A stretch of 64,000 nt of DNA from an uncultured Gammaproteobacteria bacterium (GTDB taxonomy: Bacteria; Pseudomonadota; Gammaproteobacteria; JABCZS01): positions 96,001 to 160,000 of the forward strand of contig CAWKDC010000001.1 of the NCBI GenBank assembly GCA_963848305.1, written 5' to 3'. The notes beneath the pieces are model-generated. The model searched no databases and was not told where the DNA came from. It saw nothing but the letters and a program-made list of their open reading frames with translations. A program made the position numbers and the translations under genes. Positions within the stretch are counted from its first letter, which is position 1; every line of letters starts with the position of its first letter. Of this stretch, positions 21,398-33,284 are shown piece by piece.

Positions 21398-22677
21398 TTA
21401 CAGGGGAGAGTGGAGGTCCCCGCCGGCATCGAACTCCGCGGGGAAGGGGCCTTCCGCCAATTTCCAATGTGCCGGCGAAGCGATTTGGTCTTTAATCGAG
21501 GAGGAAACAGCAATTCTATTAATACTCAGAGTATTTTCGATCCAGACGATTCGCTGAGTGGCGGGTTCGGGAGTTCCCAGGTGGCCCAGGGCCAGATCCA
21601 GGGCGGCACGGTCGGTGGGCAAGTTGAATGGGCAGGCGCGCGCCCGAGGGCGTAAGCGCGACGATGGCATTCAGGTAGGTCTTCTGGAAATCGATTTTGC
21701 GGAAAAGGCGCTCGTGGATGATGTCGGCAAATCCCATGCCCACGGCGTTGCCGCCGCTCTCCTCGGTGAGATCCCGAAGGAAAATCATCGGAATAGGTTG
21801 GGAGCATCTTCCGGCGGCATGCCCGGGCAACGGCCCACAACCTTCAGGTCCATGCCCGCGCCGCTGATGTTCTTGCCAATTTCATCCAGAATCAGCAGGT
21901 GGAGGTTCCGGAAGGGAATGCGCGGAATCATCTAGCGGGCCAGAGCAGGAGCATCGATTCGTCCAGCGCAGGAATTCCCGCGGGCAGGGCCGCGCGCACA
22001 TCGGCGATCTCGTGCATTTCATTTTCGGTCACTCGCCACACCAAATAAAATCTTGCCGCTCGCCAGGATTCTTCGCTGGAGACAGCGCGGATGGTGGGCT
22101 CGAATCCGTATTTCCAGAATTGCCGATGGCCTTCCGTTGGCGCCCTCGCGCTTGCCCAGTCCGATCGCCATCATTTTCAGGAGGCCGCTTTCGATTTTGC
22201 CAAAGTAATCGGAATGAGGCTTGACGCGGTTCATAACCACGATACCGTCGGACTCCCAGGCGTGGCGGTCCGCATAAATATTGAACCCCTGAGGTGTCTC
22301 CCCCACCACGACCGTTTCCATCGACGCGCGAATCTCGGCGCCGATTTCCGGTTCGGTAATTCCATACTCAGCCAGAATTTGGAGCTGGCCTTCGGCGGTG
22401 GCTCCCCCATGACTGCCCATGGAGGGAACACAAAGGGCTGCGCTCCCCGCTCCTTCAACCAGCCGCAAATGGTGCGCACAATTTCTTGAAGATGGGCGAT
22501 GCCGCGGCTTCCCACGGTCAGAGCGATGCGTTTACCTTGGAGTTTTCCCGCCTCCACACCGAGGCCGGCCAGCGCGGCGCACATGGAACCACTCAGGTCA
22601 TCGACTTTCGGGCGGCTGGGCCCCTTGCGCTCTAAAATATAAAAACTGGCTAAGGGTATGTGGTGGTTGTGTGTCAT
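21398..22677 (-). CDS. LarA/DUF362-like protein (lactate racemase N-terminal domain family); several frameshifts and a TAG near 21933
   Basis: VGSRGI, PSMGSHGGAT, NRVKPH, ESGLLKMMAIGLGK, DEIGKNISGAGMD, GNAVGMG motifs across frames. Confidence 0.75.
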
Positions 22678-22690
22678 GGCAGAATCGCTC

Positions 22691-22927
22691 AAAAAGAAGT
22701 TCGCACAGAGGGCACAGAGATGGGCTCACAGAGAGCACGGAGCAAACCCATGATCTTCTCCGTGTTCTCTCCAGAAGCTTCGCCCAAACGTGACACGGGC
22801 GTCCCGCCCGTGCAGGGGGCACGGCCAAGATGGCCGTGGCACGTCGCGCGAAACATCAGTTTCTGCCCACTATGGACCCGCCAGCGGCGGGCAGACACTC
22901 TGTGTGAAACGCTTTTAAGCCCTCCTT
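22691..22927. repeat. MITE-like element, copy 2, with a nested CGTG-type palindrome pair
   Basis: Ends match 6790-7040; inner CGTGACACGGGCGTCCCGCCCGTG...CACGGCCAAGATGGCCGTGGCACG at 22789-22843. Confidence 0.8.
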
Positions 22928-22949
22928 ATACCGGAATGTCAGTAGGCCC

Positions 22950-23950
22950 TTATGCGGCAAACGTTCCGCGGCATGCCGCAATGATTTCCTCTTCCGAGAC
23001 CATGACCGCCTTTTGCAGCGAGGGCGCAACCGGCATGGGGACGTCCCGGGTGCAGACCCGCTCGGGGGGCGCGTCCAGTTCTAAGAAGCACTCTTCCACC
23101 ACGCCGCCATAAGTTCCGCCGCATAACCACAGGTACGCGACCCATCGCTAACCACCACAAGGCGATTCGTTTTGCGAACGGATTGCAGGATGGTTGCGGA
23201 GTCCAGCGGTTTGAGCGTCCGGGGGTCGATCACTTCCACTTCAATCCCTTCCTTCGAGAGTTTCTCCGCCGCCGACAAGGCCAGCGTTACGGTGCGGCCG
23301 GTGGCTACGACCGTAACATCGCCGCCCGGGCGCTTGATGGCCGCAATACCCAGGGGCACCAGATACTCGCCCTGCGGAATCGGCCCGGTCAGTGAATACA
23401 GCATCCTGCTTTCGAGAAAAATGACCGGGTTGTTTTCCCGAATCGCGCTCTTGAGCAGACCCTTTCGCGTCCGCGGGATCTGACGGCATGACCACCTTGA
23501 GTCCCGGAACATGCACAAACCAGGCCTCCAGCGACTGCGAGTGCTGAGCGCCGAGTCCCACGCCCGTGCAGATGGGGGCGCGAATGACCAGGGGGATCGA
23601 GACCATCCCTCCGCTCATATACCGCAATTTGGCGGCGTGGTTCACGATCTGATCCATGGCAATCGTAATGAAATCCTGAAACTGCAATTCGATGACCGGC
23701 CTTGCTCCCACCAGCGCCGAACCTACGCCCGCCCCCGCAATCGCCGCCTCCGATATGGGCGTGTCAATCACCCGCTGAGGCCCAAATTCATCCAGCAGAC
23801 CCTTGGTGACGTTGAAAAGCCCTCCCATGCTGGCCAACATCTTCGCCGAGCACAAACACCAGTGGGTCGCTGCGCATCTCTTCCCGCAGAGCTTCATTGA
23901 GAGCTTCGACATACGACCTTACGTTGGCGATTGGAGTCAGGCGTAGACAT
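22950..23950 (-). CDS. 2-oxoacid/acetoin dehydrogenase E1 beta subunit; frameshifts, start approximate
   Basis: [49 protein letters not shown]. Confidence 0.88.
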
Positions 23951-24929
23951 CCTGGTCTGCACTCTCCGGGTCTGGCGTGGGGCTGCCGACTGCGAAGGCC
24001 GAGGCTTTCGCCACTTCTGCCTGTACCTCCGAATCAATTCGCTGAGTTCGTCTTGGGTGGCCCCTTGCGTCCGGAGCAAGAACTGGCAATAACGCGCGAT
24101 GGGGTCTTTGTGTTTCCATTCTTCAATTTCCTGGTTGGGGCGGGTTTCCCGGCGAGTAAAAATCGAGTGCGGCTCCCAACGGTAGCTGACGCATTCGATT
24201 AAGCGACGGTCCGGCGCCTGCGGTGGCGCGCGCCGCGGCGGCAGTGGCTGCGTCAAAAACCGCCTCGACATCATTCCCATCCACGCGCTCGCCGGGCATG
24301 CCGTAGGCCGCCGCGCGATTTGCGACGCTTCCCCCGGCTGTCGTTTGTTTAAAGGGTGTGCTGAGAGCCCAGAGATTGTTTTCGCAGATGAAGAGGACGG
24401 CAAGCTGATTGATTGCCGCGAAATTGAGCGCCTCGTGAAAGGAGCCCTGGTTGCTTGCCCCATCGCCGAAGAAACAGAAGACGACGCACTCAATTCCCTT
24501 CAGCCGCATGCCGAGGGCTGCACCCGCGGCGATGGGAATCCCTCCGCCCACAATGCCGTCGGCGCCGAGCATGCCGCGCGAGACGTCTGTTATGTGCATG
24601 CTGCCGCCCTTGCCACGGCAATAGCCATCCGCGCGGCCTAATACCTCAGCCATCATGCGACCGAGATCCAGACCGCGGGCAATCGAGTGACCGTGGCCGC
24701 GATGCGTGCTGGTAAGAAGATCGCCCTCCCGCATGGCCGAACAAGCACCGACGGCAATGGCTTCCATGCCGATATACTGGTGCGCCGTGCCGGGGATAAG
24801 GCCCTTTTTGTTATGCTCGTAAATCTCGCGCTCGAAGGCGCGGATCCGGCACATCTGGCGGTACCACTGGAGCCGCATCGCGGGTGAGATCATCGAATTG
24901 GAGGTTCGCGATTCCTGTCTTGCTGCCAC
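23937..24929 (-). CDS. TPP-dependent dehydrogenase E1 alpha subunit; frameshifts near 24200 and 24040
   Basis: STHRGHGH, GKGGSMH, FGDGASNQGSFHEALN, ENNLWA, VDGND. Confidence 0.9.
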
Positions 24930-25178
24930 GAGTCAACCACCCCTCAGAAATGTTGCTGTAGGAGCCCTGCACGTTACAATAGAGCAAACTGCACCACACC
25001 GAGTCCAGCTACAGGTCGATGGATTATCCCATCGGAGTTATACTGTCAAGCCAAAACAAAAACCGGTGGTGGATTAATTTGACGTAAAGGCGGCTTTACG
25101 CCGCCATCTGGCGAGGTAAACTCGCCGATGCTACACCAAATTCACCCACTACCGAAAATCTGGTGGCGGATCCCGAAC

Positions 25179-26000
25179 ATGCATGACCTTAAGAATAAAG
25201 TCGCTATCGTGACGGGAGGGGCCAGGGGTATCGGGCTCAGTGTTTGCGAAACCCTCGCTGGGGCCGGCTGCGCAGTCGTCATTGCCGACATTTCTGAAAA
25301 AAATGGGGGTGCGGCAGAGCTGAGTCTTCGTCATGCCGGTTACGCCTGCGAATACCTTTGGGTGGACGTGGCGCAGGAGGATTCGGTTCGAGCGATGGTT
25401 GAGGGTGTCCGGAAGCGCCATGACCGGATCGATATTCTCGTTTGCAGCTCCGGTGTGCCCGCTAAAGTCATTCCGACCATTCAACTGCCCTCGGAAGAAT
25501 GGATTCGTGTCCTGACCGTCAACCTTTTCGGGGTCTTTCTCTGCTGCCGCGAAGTGGGCGCCGTCATGGTGAAACAAGGTGGCGGGCGAATTATCAATAT
25601 GGCTTCTTTGAACGCCGTAAGTCCTCCCGCACTGACCGCGGCTTATAACGTGTCGAAGGCCGGAGTGGTAAGCCTGACCCAGACTTTGGCCCTCGAATTG
25701 GCGCCTTTCGGGGTCAATGTCAACGCCATCAGCCCTGGGCCCATCGTCGGGGATTTCAATGACGTGATCATGCCTCAGCGTGCCGCAACCCTGGGTATAT
25801 CCCAAGACCAGATGGTAGAGAAGATTCGGGCCTCGATTCCACTGGGACGATGGGGCACAACTGCGGACGTCGCCAATGCCGTGCTCTTTCTTGCCTCCCC
25901 ACAGAGTGATTGGATAACCGGACAAAACCTGATGGTGGCTGGCGGGCTTTCCGGCGTGGCCGCCTCGCCGCCCAAGGAAGTCATTCTTCAAAGATGGTGA
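25179..26000 (+). CDS. SDR family oxidoreductase
   Basis: TGGARGIG, YNVSK, VNAISPG, IPLGRWG. Confidence 0.93.
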   Translation: MHDLKNKVAIVTGGARGIGLSVCETLAGAGCAVVIADISEKNGGAAELSLRHAGYACEYLWVDVAQEDSVRAMVEGVRKRHDRIDILVCSSGVPAKVIPTIQLPSEEWIRVLTVNLFGVFLCCREVGAVMVKQGGGRIINMASLNAVSPPALTAAYNVSKAGVVSLTQTLALELAPFGVNVNAISPGPIVGDFNDVIMPQRAATLGISQDQMVEKIRASIPLGRWGTTADVANAVLFLASPQSDWITGQNLMVAGGLSGVAASPPKEVILQRW

Positions 26001-26050
26001 AGGCCGACTGCGGTGTCTGCAATTCCCACCGAACGTTTGTCGGCCGGTGC

Positions 26051-26302
26051 CAGCCCGCGAAGCGGGCGCGGTCATGTAGCCCACGGTGAAGCCGTGGGAG
26101 AAAGCCAGCATTAATAAATCTTCCGAAGAAGCCCCTGCAAGGGGCGGCATCCGGCCCGCTTCAGAGGAGGCTTCGCACCTCGATGCAGACTTACCGGTGG
26201 AAACCCCCGATGTCGCCCCTGACGGGGCTGGCGGATCTCCTCGCTGCTCCTCGACCCACGGCTGGCTCGCCGTGGGCATGACCGCGCCCGCTTCGCAGGC
26301 TG
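26051..26302. repeat. REPIN-like long palindromic element between convergent genes
   Basis: 26-bp terminal inverted repeat (26051-26076 / 26277-26302, one mismatch); internal paired hairpins CCCACGG..CCGTGGG and GCCCC..GGGGC. Confidence 0.8.
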
Positions 26303-26334
26303 AAGCCACCTGGCGGCGTAAAGCCGCCTCTACA

Positions 26335-27345
26335 TTACATTGCCCCAACTTCTTCAGGAACGGGTATTCCCTGAGGAAGTAGATTCTGCTTTTTCAGGTC
26401 TCGCCAAAATTCCGCTGGAATGGAATGACCCACGAACCGAAAGTTCTCTTCCACTTCAACCTCTGACCTTGCTCCGGGGACGATCGACGCCACCGCCGGG
26501 TGGCCGAATGGAAACTGGAGAGCGGCGGCCTGGAGAGGGACGGAATATTCCCGGCAAGTGTTTTCGATTTGCCGCACTTGTTCCAAAACCTCCGGACCGG
26601 CGGGAACATAGTTGTAGGTGGCCCCCGCCACCGCGCCCGTGGCTAGGATGCCGCTGTTGTACGGGCCGCCAATAATGATGCTGACGCCCTTTGCTTCGCA
26701 CAGAGGAAGGGCGTCCTTCAACGCGCTGTGATCGAGCAGAGAGTATCGTCCGGCCAGGAGAATGCAGTCAAAGTCGCCCGCTTGCACAAAACGGATGAGC
26801 GTCTCAACTTCGGTCGTGCCCACTCCCACTGCTCCAATCACCCGCTCCTTCCGGAGTTTGTCGAGCGCCACGTAGGCGCCGTTCATGGCCGCGTCGAAAT
26901 GATCGGTGGGGTCATGAATATGCAGAATATCAACGCGGTCCAGGCCAAGCCTGCGGAGGCTACCTTCCAGGGAGCGCATGACGCCATCGTAGCTAAAGTC
27001 GAACACCGGCTGGAGAGCGGGAGGATTGTCATAAGGGAAAAACATTTCCTGCTTGGCGCCGGGCGTTTGGGGCAGGAGCGCATATCCTACCTTGCTGGCC
27101 AGGACATACGAATCGCGGTTCCAACCCTCGAGTCCGCGCCTGTACCGTGACTCGCTCTTCCCCGCCCCGTAAAGCGGAGCCGTATCAAAGAAACCAATGC
27201 CGAGGTGCAAGGCGCGCTTGATGGTGTTCGTGGCCGTGTCTTCCGCCAGGTCATGAAAAAGTCCTCCCAACGCCGCCCCACCGATTCCCAATCGCGTCAC
27301 TTCTAAACGGGTTTTCCCCAACCGAACTTTCGCCAGCGGATTCAT
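26335..27345 (-). CDS. Aldo/keto reductase (D-threo-aldose 1-dehydrogenase-like)
   Basis: FDTAPLYGAG, SKVG, FDFSYDG, LHIHDP, LAGRYSLL, GGPYNSGIL. Confidence 0.9.
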   Translation of the reverse strand: MNPLAKVRLGKTRLEVTRLGIGGAALGGLFHDLAEDTATNTIKRALHLGIGFFDTAPLYGAGKSESRYRRGLEGWNRDSYVLASKVGYALLPQTPGAKQEMFFPYDNPPALQPVFDFSYDGVMRSLEGSLRRLGLDRVDILHIHDPTDHFDAAMNGAYVALDKLRKERVIGAVGVGTTEVETLIRFVQAGDFDCILLAGRYSLLDHSALKDALPLCEAKGVSIIIGGPYNSGILATGAVAGATYNYVPAGPEVLEQVRQIENTCREYSVPLQAAALQFPFGHPAVASIVPGARSEVEVEENFRFVGHSIPAEFWRDLKKQNLLPQGIPVPEEVGAM

Positions 27346-27382
27346 AGGACCTCCACCGCCCTGAACCTGTCAGCCTTAGCCC

Positions 27383-29017
27383 TCAGCGGAAAATGTAGTA
27401 CAAAACCGCCACCGTCACGGCGAGGCTGGAGGCGATCAAACGCGGGTCTCGCCAACCTCTGAACCGCTCCTGCGTAATGGCGGCCAGGGGGTGACTCCAC
27501 GTAAGGCCATCCACCGATTCGGGGGCCGGCGCCGGCGTGACGAGGCTTACCAGCACGTAGATGAGACTGCAAATGCAGAACAGCCACCACGCCTGCATCA
27601 TAAATGGAATACCCCAGCGGTGCGTAATGATCTTTTCCGTGCCGAACACCGGAAGATCCAGGATGAAGGCCAGCACTCCCAAGACGAAGCCCGAAGTTAG
27701 CGTGTACAACGAAGCTTCTTTCGTGCCTCGCCGCCAGAGCACACCCCAAAGAAATACCACGGTGATCGGCGGCGCCAGGTCAGCCGCAATAGCGTTAATC
27801 GCCTCGAAAATGCTTGAGAATCGTCCCCCCTGGGTCGACCATGCCATCGCCAGCAGCATGACGGCGACGGAACTGACCCGGCCAATGGTCAACTGCGCGC
27901 GGTCGGAAGTGCCGGGCCGTAACCGCCTTACGATGTCAACGGCCACCAGGGTGCCGGTGCTGTTGAAAGCGGCGGCGATGGCGCTCATCAGAGCCGCCAG
28001 AATAGCCGCAATGATCACTCCCCGCAATCCGGTGGGGATCAATTGCTCAATCAGCACTGGCAGCGTCTGATTGCTCGCGTTCCCGATGACGTTGTGAAAC
28101 AGCACATACGCAATGACGCCGGGCAGCACCAGCAGAAATACCGGCAGGATCTTCAGAAACCCGGCAAAAAGCGGCCCCCATTGGGCATCTTCGGAGCTGC
28201 GCGCTCCTAACACTCTTTGCACAATCGTTTGGTCCGTGCACCAATACCAGACTCCAAGGATGGGGTAGCCAAGCAGCACGGCATACCAGTCGAGGCCTGC
28301 CGAATCGTGCGTGTGCACCATCGATAATTGTTGCGGCCGCGCCGCAGCCCGGAACTGTTCGATAGAATGGAATCCGTGGGCAGGCAAAGCGGCAAGCGAA
28401 AACACCAGGAGCAACACGGCTCCAAGGATAAGAATGGCAGTATTAACCGTCTCGGTAATAACCACAGCTCGCAGGCCGCCGAGCACCGTGTAAATCCCCA
28501 CGATCGCGGAAATAATGACGACCGATGTGACCACATCGATGCCAAAAAAGCGTTTGAAAACTGCCGCACCAGCGTACAGGCTCATGCCAATGTGGATAAA
28601 TAAGGCGGCGACGATGGCCATAAAAGCCAGGAAGGTGCGGGACGCGGGACTGTAACGGCGCTCCAGAAATTCCGGCAAGGTCGCGATGCGAGTTCGAAAA
28701 TAAAATGGGGCGAACACCAATGAGAGCAGGATCAGCGTGTACGCAGCCATCCATTCGAAGTTTCCCCAAACCAGGCCTTCGTTGTAGCCCGATGCCGTAA
28801 GTCCCACAAGGTGGATGGTGGAAATGTTGGATGCAAACAATGCCGCGCCCACCAGCGGCCATGATAGTGAGCGGCCGGCGAGAAAAAAAACGGTTCCTGT
28901 AATCCTGATATGACGGACCGACAACAGGCCAATCGTCAGGATGCCGCACAGGTACAGCAGGATGATCGCGAGGTCGAGAGGCGGAAGGGTCAGGGTCGAA
29001 AGCACGACGTGGTTCAT
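27383..29017 (-). CDS. Sodium:solute symporter (SGLT/SLC5-like)
   Basis: FFLAGRS, FASNIS, TLPEFLERRY, GGLRAV, WYWCTDQTIVQRVL. Confidence 0.93.
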   Translation of the reverse strand: MNHVVLSTLTLPPLDLAIILLYLCGILTIGLLSVRHIRITGTVFFLAGRSLSWPLVGAALFASNISTIHLVGLTASGYNEGLVWGNFEWMAAYTLILLSLVFAPFYFRTRIATLPEFLERRYSPASRTFLAFMAIVAALFIHIGMSLYAGAAVFKRFFGIDVVTSVVIISAIVGIYTVLGGLRAVVITETVNTAILILGAVLLLVFSLAALPAHGFHSIEQFRAAARPQQLSMVHTHDSAGLDWYAVLLGYPILGVWYWCTDQTIVQRVLGARSSEDAQWGPLFAGFLKILPVFLLVLPGVIAYVLFHNVIGNASNQTLPVLIEQLIPTGLRGVIIAAILAALMSAIAAAFNSTGTLVAVDIVRRLRPGTSDRAQLTIGRVSSVAVMLLAMAWSTQGGRFSSIFEAINAIAADLAPPITVVFLWGVLWRRGTKEASLYTLTSGFVLGVLAFILDLPVFGTEKIITHRWGIPFMMQAWWLFCICSLIYVLVSLVTPAPAPESVDGLTWSHPLAAITQERFRGWRDPRLIASSLAVTVAVLYYIFR

Positions 29018-29170
29018 ATGCAAGTTCCCGTTTCCCTTGCTGTCCTGCCGTACGCTTCCAACCCCTCGGAAGTCATTGCAGCACTCATGACACGGGGACG
29101 CACCCGCCCTGATCGATCGCCGCACACACAGCGCAAAGTGCGGCTGACTGCAATGATCCGACGGCAAAAG

Positions 29171-30816
<1,646 letters not shown>

Positions 30817-30927
30817 GGTTGTTCCACCTCCGGTGTTTGTTTGCCCTTACAACCGCCGCTTGCCCCGGGCCCTATATTGGCAGACTACAGCAACATCGAA
30901 TCCGCGGCAACACGCATCTAATTCTAT

Positions 30928-31386
30928 ATGAGATCAGTGGCAACAAATCTGCGGCAACAGGGTAGGTATTGGATTCTCGCGGTGGCGCTCAGTTCCCTTT
31001 TCGCCTCAAGTCTCTGGGCCGCCCAAGCCAAGCCATTGACTGCGCTAGAGGGTAAATTGCTGACCACCCGGGGCGACTGCCCCCTGCTGAAAATAGGCGA
31101 CCGGGAGCAGACGCTGTCAGCCAACACTCCCTATCTTCTCCACACGATGCAGGATAAGCGCCTGGACGGCCGCGAAGTGCGACTGGAAGGCTTGTCGAAG
31201 CCGGATGGCTCCTTCGAGGTTCAGTGGCTCTACACCGTCCACGATGGCAAGCTCTTTAAGGTGCGGTACTTCTGCGCCACTTGCAACATTGTGGCCCTCG
31301 AACCCGGCCTCTGCGTCTGCTGCCAACAGCCCACTGAACTCCAGGAAATTCCTGTGGATCATGCGATAGGGTCATCGGGGCATTGA
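30928..31386 (+). CDS. Secreted hypothetical protein with C-terminal CxxC...CxCC motif
   Basis: Signal peptide; YFCATCNIVALEPGLCVCCQQP. Confidence 0.7.
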   Translation: MRSVATNLRQQGRYWILAVALSSLFASSLWAAQAKPLTALEGKLLTTRGDCPLLKIGDREQTLSANTPYLLHTMQDKRLDGREVRLEGLSKPDGSFEVQWLYTVHDGKLFKVRYFCATCNIVALEPGLCVCCQQPTELQEIPVDHAIGSSGH

Positions 31387-31465
31387 GCGCCTGAGCCAAT
31401 GAATGATTTGCTCATTAAATGACCCGATGGCTCGATGGCCCGATGGCCGGATCATTCAATGGGCC
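31369..31465. repeat. Degenerate octamer (GATGGCCC-like) array with inverted arm
   Basis: gggtcatc ggggcatt ... atgaccc gatggctc gatggccc gatggccg. Confidence 0.6.
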
Positions 31466-31532
31466 AGTTGACACCCTTCGCCGGCGGATGTTACAAAAGA
31501 AGTATCGCTGTTTTCAGCGCAGCAACCGAGAT

Positions 31533-31609
31533 GGTGGGTGTAGCTCAGCTGGTAGAGCGCCAGACTGTGGATCTGGACGTCGCGGGTTCGAACCCCGTCA
31601 CCCACCCCA
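31533..31609 (+). tRNA. tRNA-His (GTG)
   Basis: G-1, acceptor GTGGGTG/CACCCAC, C discriminator, encoded CCA; anticodon arm CCAGA-CTGTGGA-TCTGG; GGTTCGAAC T-loop. Confidence 0.97.
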
Positions 31610-31624
31610 AACAAAACACAACAC

Positions 31625-32713
31625 TTAACTGATTCCCAACTTCCCAACCCTTCGCTGTGACATCAATTGTGACATCACTGTGCCATCATTTTTCGCTAAA
31701 CGGCCGCCCCGCCGACTCCTACAGGCCGCCGTCCGGGCTTCCGATGTAGCCCCTTTACCAGAGTACATTCTCTGGTTGAGCTCCAGCGTCCAGGCTTTCC
31801 GGACATCTTCATCGACGTGCGCATAATACTTAAGCGTGGTCGTAATGGACTTATGTCCCATGATAGATTGAAGGGTAATTGGATCAACTCCCGACTTCAC
31901 CGCTGCGGTCCCGAAGCAGTGGCGCAGGAGCTTCCAATTGATCCCCTGGACCCCTAGCTTCGCACAGGCGTTCTTTAGATCCCGGCGAAGCAGGTTGTTG
32001 TACCGAACCGGCATATTGGAACCATCCCGGGTGCGTGCAGGAAACACCCACTCGTCATTGCTGGTGGGTTTGGAGATCTCTTTCCATGCCTTCAGTGATT
32101 GAGCCAGGGGCGGAGTCATATCAAGACGGCGACAAACCTGGTTCTTGGTTCCAACCAGGATATCGCCACCGCGGACGTGCTGAAGAATGTCAATGGTGTT
32201 ACTTGCGAAGTCGACGTGGGACCATTTCAGGCCTGTGATTTCCCCAAGCCGCCCTCCAAACGTCCGGATGCAATCGAACAGTATTGAACTTTTGATCGGC
32301 AGAAGCCTTGCTAGATTATCCAGGATCTCTTCTGGTGGAAGCTTTGGCTTAATGGGCGTCGGCTTGGCCGGAAGCTGGATGAACTTGCAAGGGTTGGTCT
32401 CAAGACCAACCACTTTCGTGAATTTCATCAGGTGACTGTACGGGCCACTCAGATAGTTGCGGATTTTATAGCTGTTCACGATTCCCGTGCCTTCTGACAG
32501 CATTTTATTGAACACGGGCTGGAGATCGTCGCGCGTGATGGCGGTGATAGGTCGATCCCCTATTGTCGGGAAAAGGTGCTTTGCGAATGCCAAGTTTTTG
32601 TCCTGGATCGTGCCGGGCGCCTGGGCATGGCTTTCCTCCAGTTCTTTCATCCAGCCCAGCCAGCACTCCCTCAAGGGTGATGGCTGAACTTCAGGTTCGG
32701 CAGGCTGTGACAT
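31625..32713 (-). CDS. Tyrosine recombinase/integrase next to tRNA-His; N-terminus possibly truncated
   Basis: GGRLGEITGLKW (R), TKN (K), KLLRH (HxxR box with His replaced by Lys), MGH, TTLKYY (Y). Confidence 0.9.
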   Translation of the reverse strand: MSQPAEPEVQPSPLRECWLGWMKELEESHAQAPGTIQDKNLAFAKHLFPTIGDRPITAITRDDLQPVFNKMLSEGTGIVNSYKIRNYLSGPYSHLMKFTKVVGLETNPCKFIQLPAKPTPIKPKLPPEEILDNLARLLPIKSSILFDCIRTFGGRLGEITGLKWSHVDFASNTIDILQHVRGGDILVGTKNQVCRRLDMTPPLAQSLKAWKEISKPTSNDEWVFPARTRDGSNMPVRYNNLLRRDLKNACAKLGVQGINWKLLRHCFGTAAVKSGVDPITLQSIMGHKSITTTLKYYAHVDEDVRKAWTLELNQRMYSGKGATSEARTAACRSRRGGRLAKNDGTVMSQLMSQRRVGKLGIS

Positions 32714-32726
32714 CAGCGTGACATCA
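31656..32726. repeat. TGTGACATCA direct repeats at both ends of the integrase gene (putative arm-type sites)
   Basis: Copies at 31656, 31668 and 31679 (TGTGCCATCA); copies at 32706 and 32717 (CGTGACATCA). Confidence 0.75.
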
Positions 32727-32739
32727 CTTACCACGGCCG

Positions 32740-33284
32740 GCGGCCTTCGCCACGCACCACATTTTTTTCCCGCCACGGCTTGAGGTCGTGGCTGAGCAAT
32801 AAGATCCGCGCCGTCTCCCGGCCCACCTGGGGCACCAGTTTGCGTTTGACGGCCTGTTCGGCGACCAAACGGATGGTCCAACGGGCGTAACCTTCCGGCG
32901 GCGGGCCACAAACCATGGCAATGATCCGCTGCTTCTGCGGTTCGTCCAACAGTTGCTCGGCACCCCGCCCTTGCCGCTCGTAAAGCGCACCCGACAACCC
33001 GCCACGCCTATATCGGTGGCTGATCCACCGCACCGCCTGCGGGGTCAGATGCACCAGTTTGGCTACCGCCGGCGCGGTCAAGCCCGCCGACAACTGCTCC
33101 AAGGCGAGGGCCCGCAGGACCACGCACACCTGCTGAATCCCGGCTCGCAAAAGTTGCCGAAGCTGCTTCTGATCTTCGGCCGATACTTTCACCTCAAGGG
33201 GGCGTCGCGACATGCCCCCGTATAGACCCAAGGATTTCCCAAAAACAAGACATTATAGAATCTTTTCATGCAGTCAAAGACCTA
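32740..33284 (-). mobile_element. Truncated IS630-family element (HTH ORF plus slippery site; DDE domain missing)
   Basis: MSRRPLEV...CGPPPEGYARWTIRL...HDLKPWREK, then GGGAAAAAAA into MWCVA; putative end (C)TAGGTCTTTGACTGCATGAA beginning with TA. Confidence 0.85.

Noticed and set aside
6020-21935. Pyrrolysine or TAG recoding suggested by in-frame TAGs at 6020 and near 21933
   Set aside because: TAG is the normal stop of many intact genes here (e.g. 6652, 13361, 34513, 37687, 39494); no pyl genes or suppressor tRNA in the window; the second TAG is in an error-rich stretch
10700-24250. Mass pseudogenisation or programmed frameshifting
   Set aside because: Indels are scattered and sometimes compensating, motifs are otherwise intact, and the same defect hits pgi, msbA and lpxK; long-read consensus error is simpler
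25149-26348. 399-aa minus-strand ORF
   Set aside because: Antisense to the SDR gene and runs through a palindromic repeat
32714-32911. N-terminal extension of the integrase ORF in the ORF track
   Set aside because: Alternative-frame read-through of the IS630 fragment
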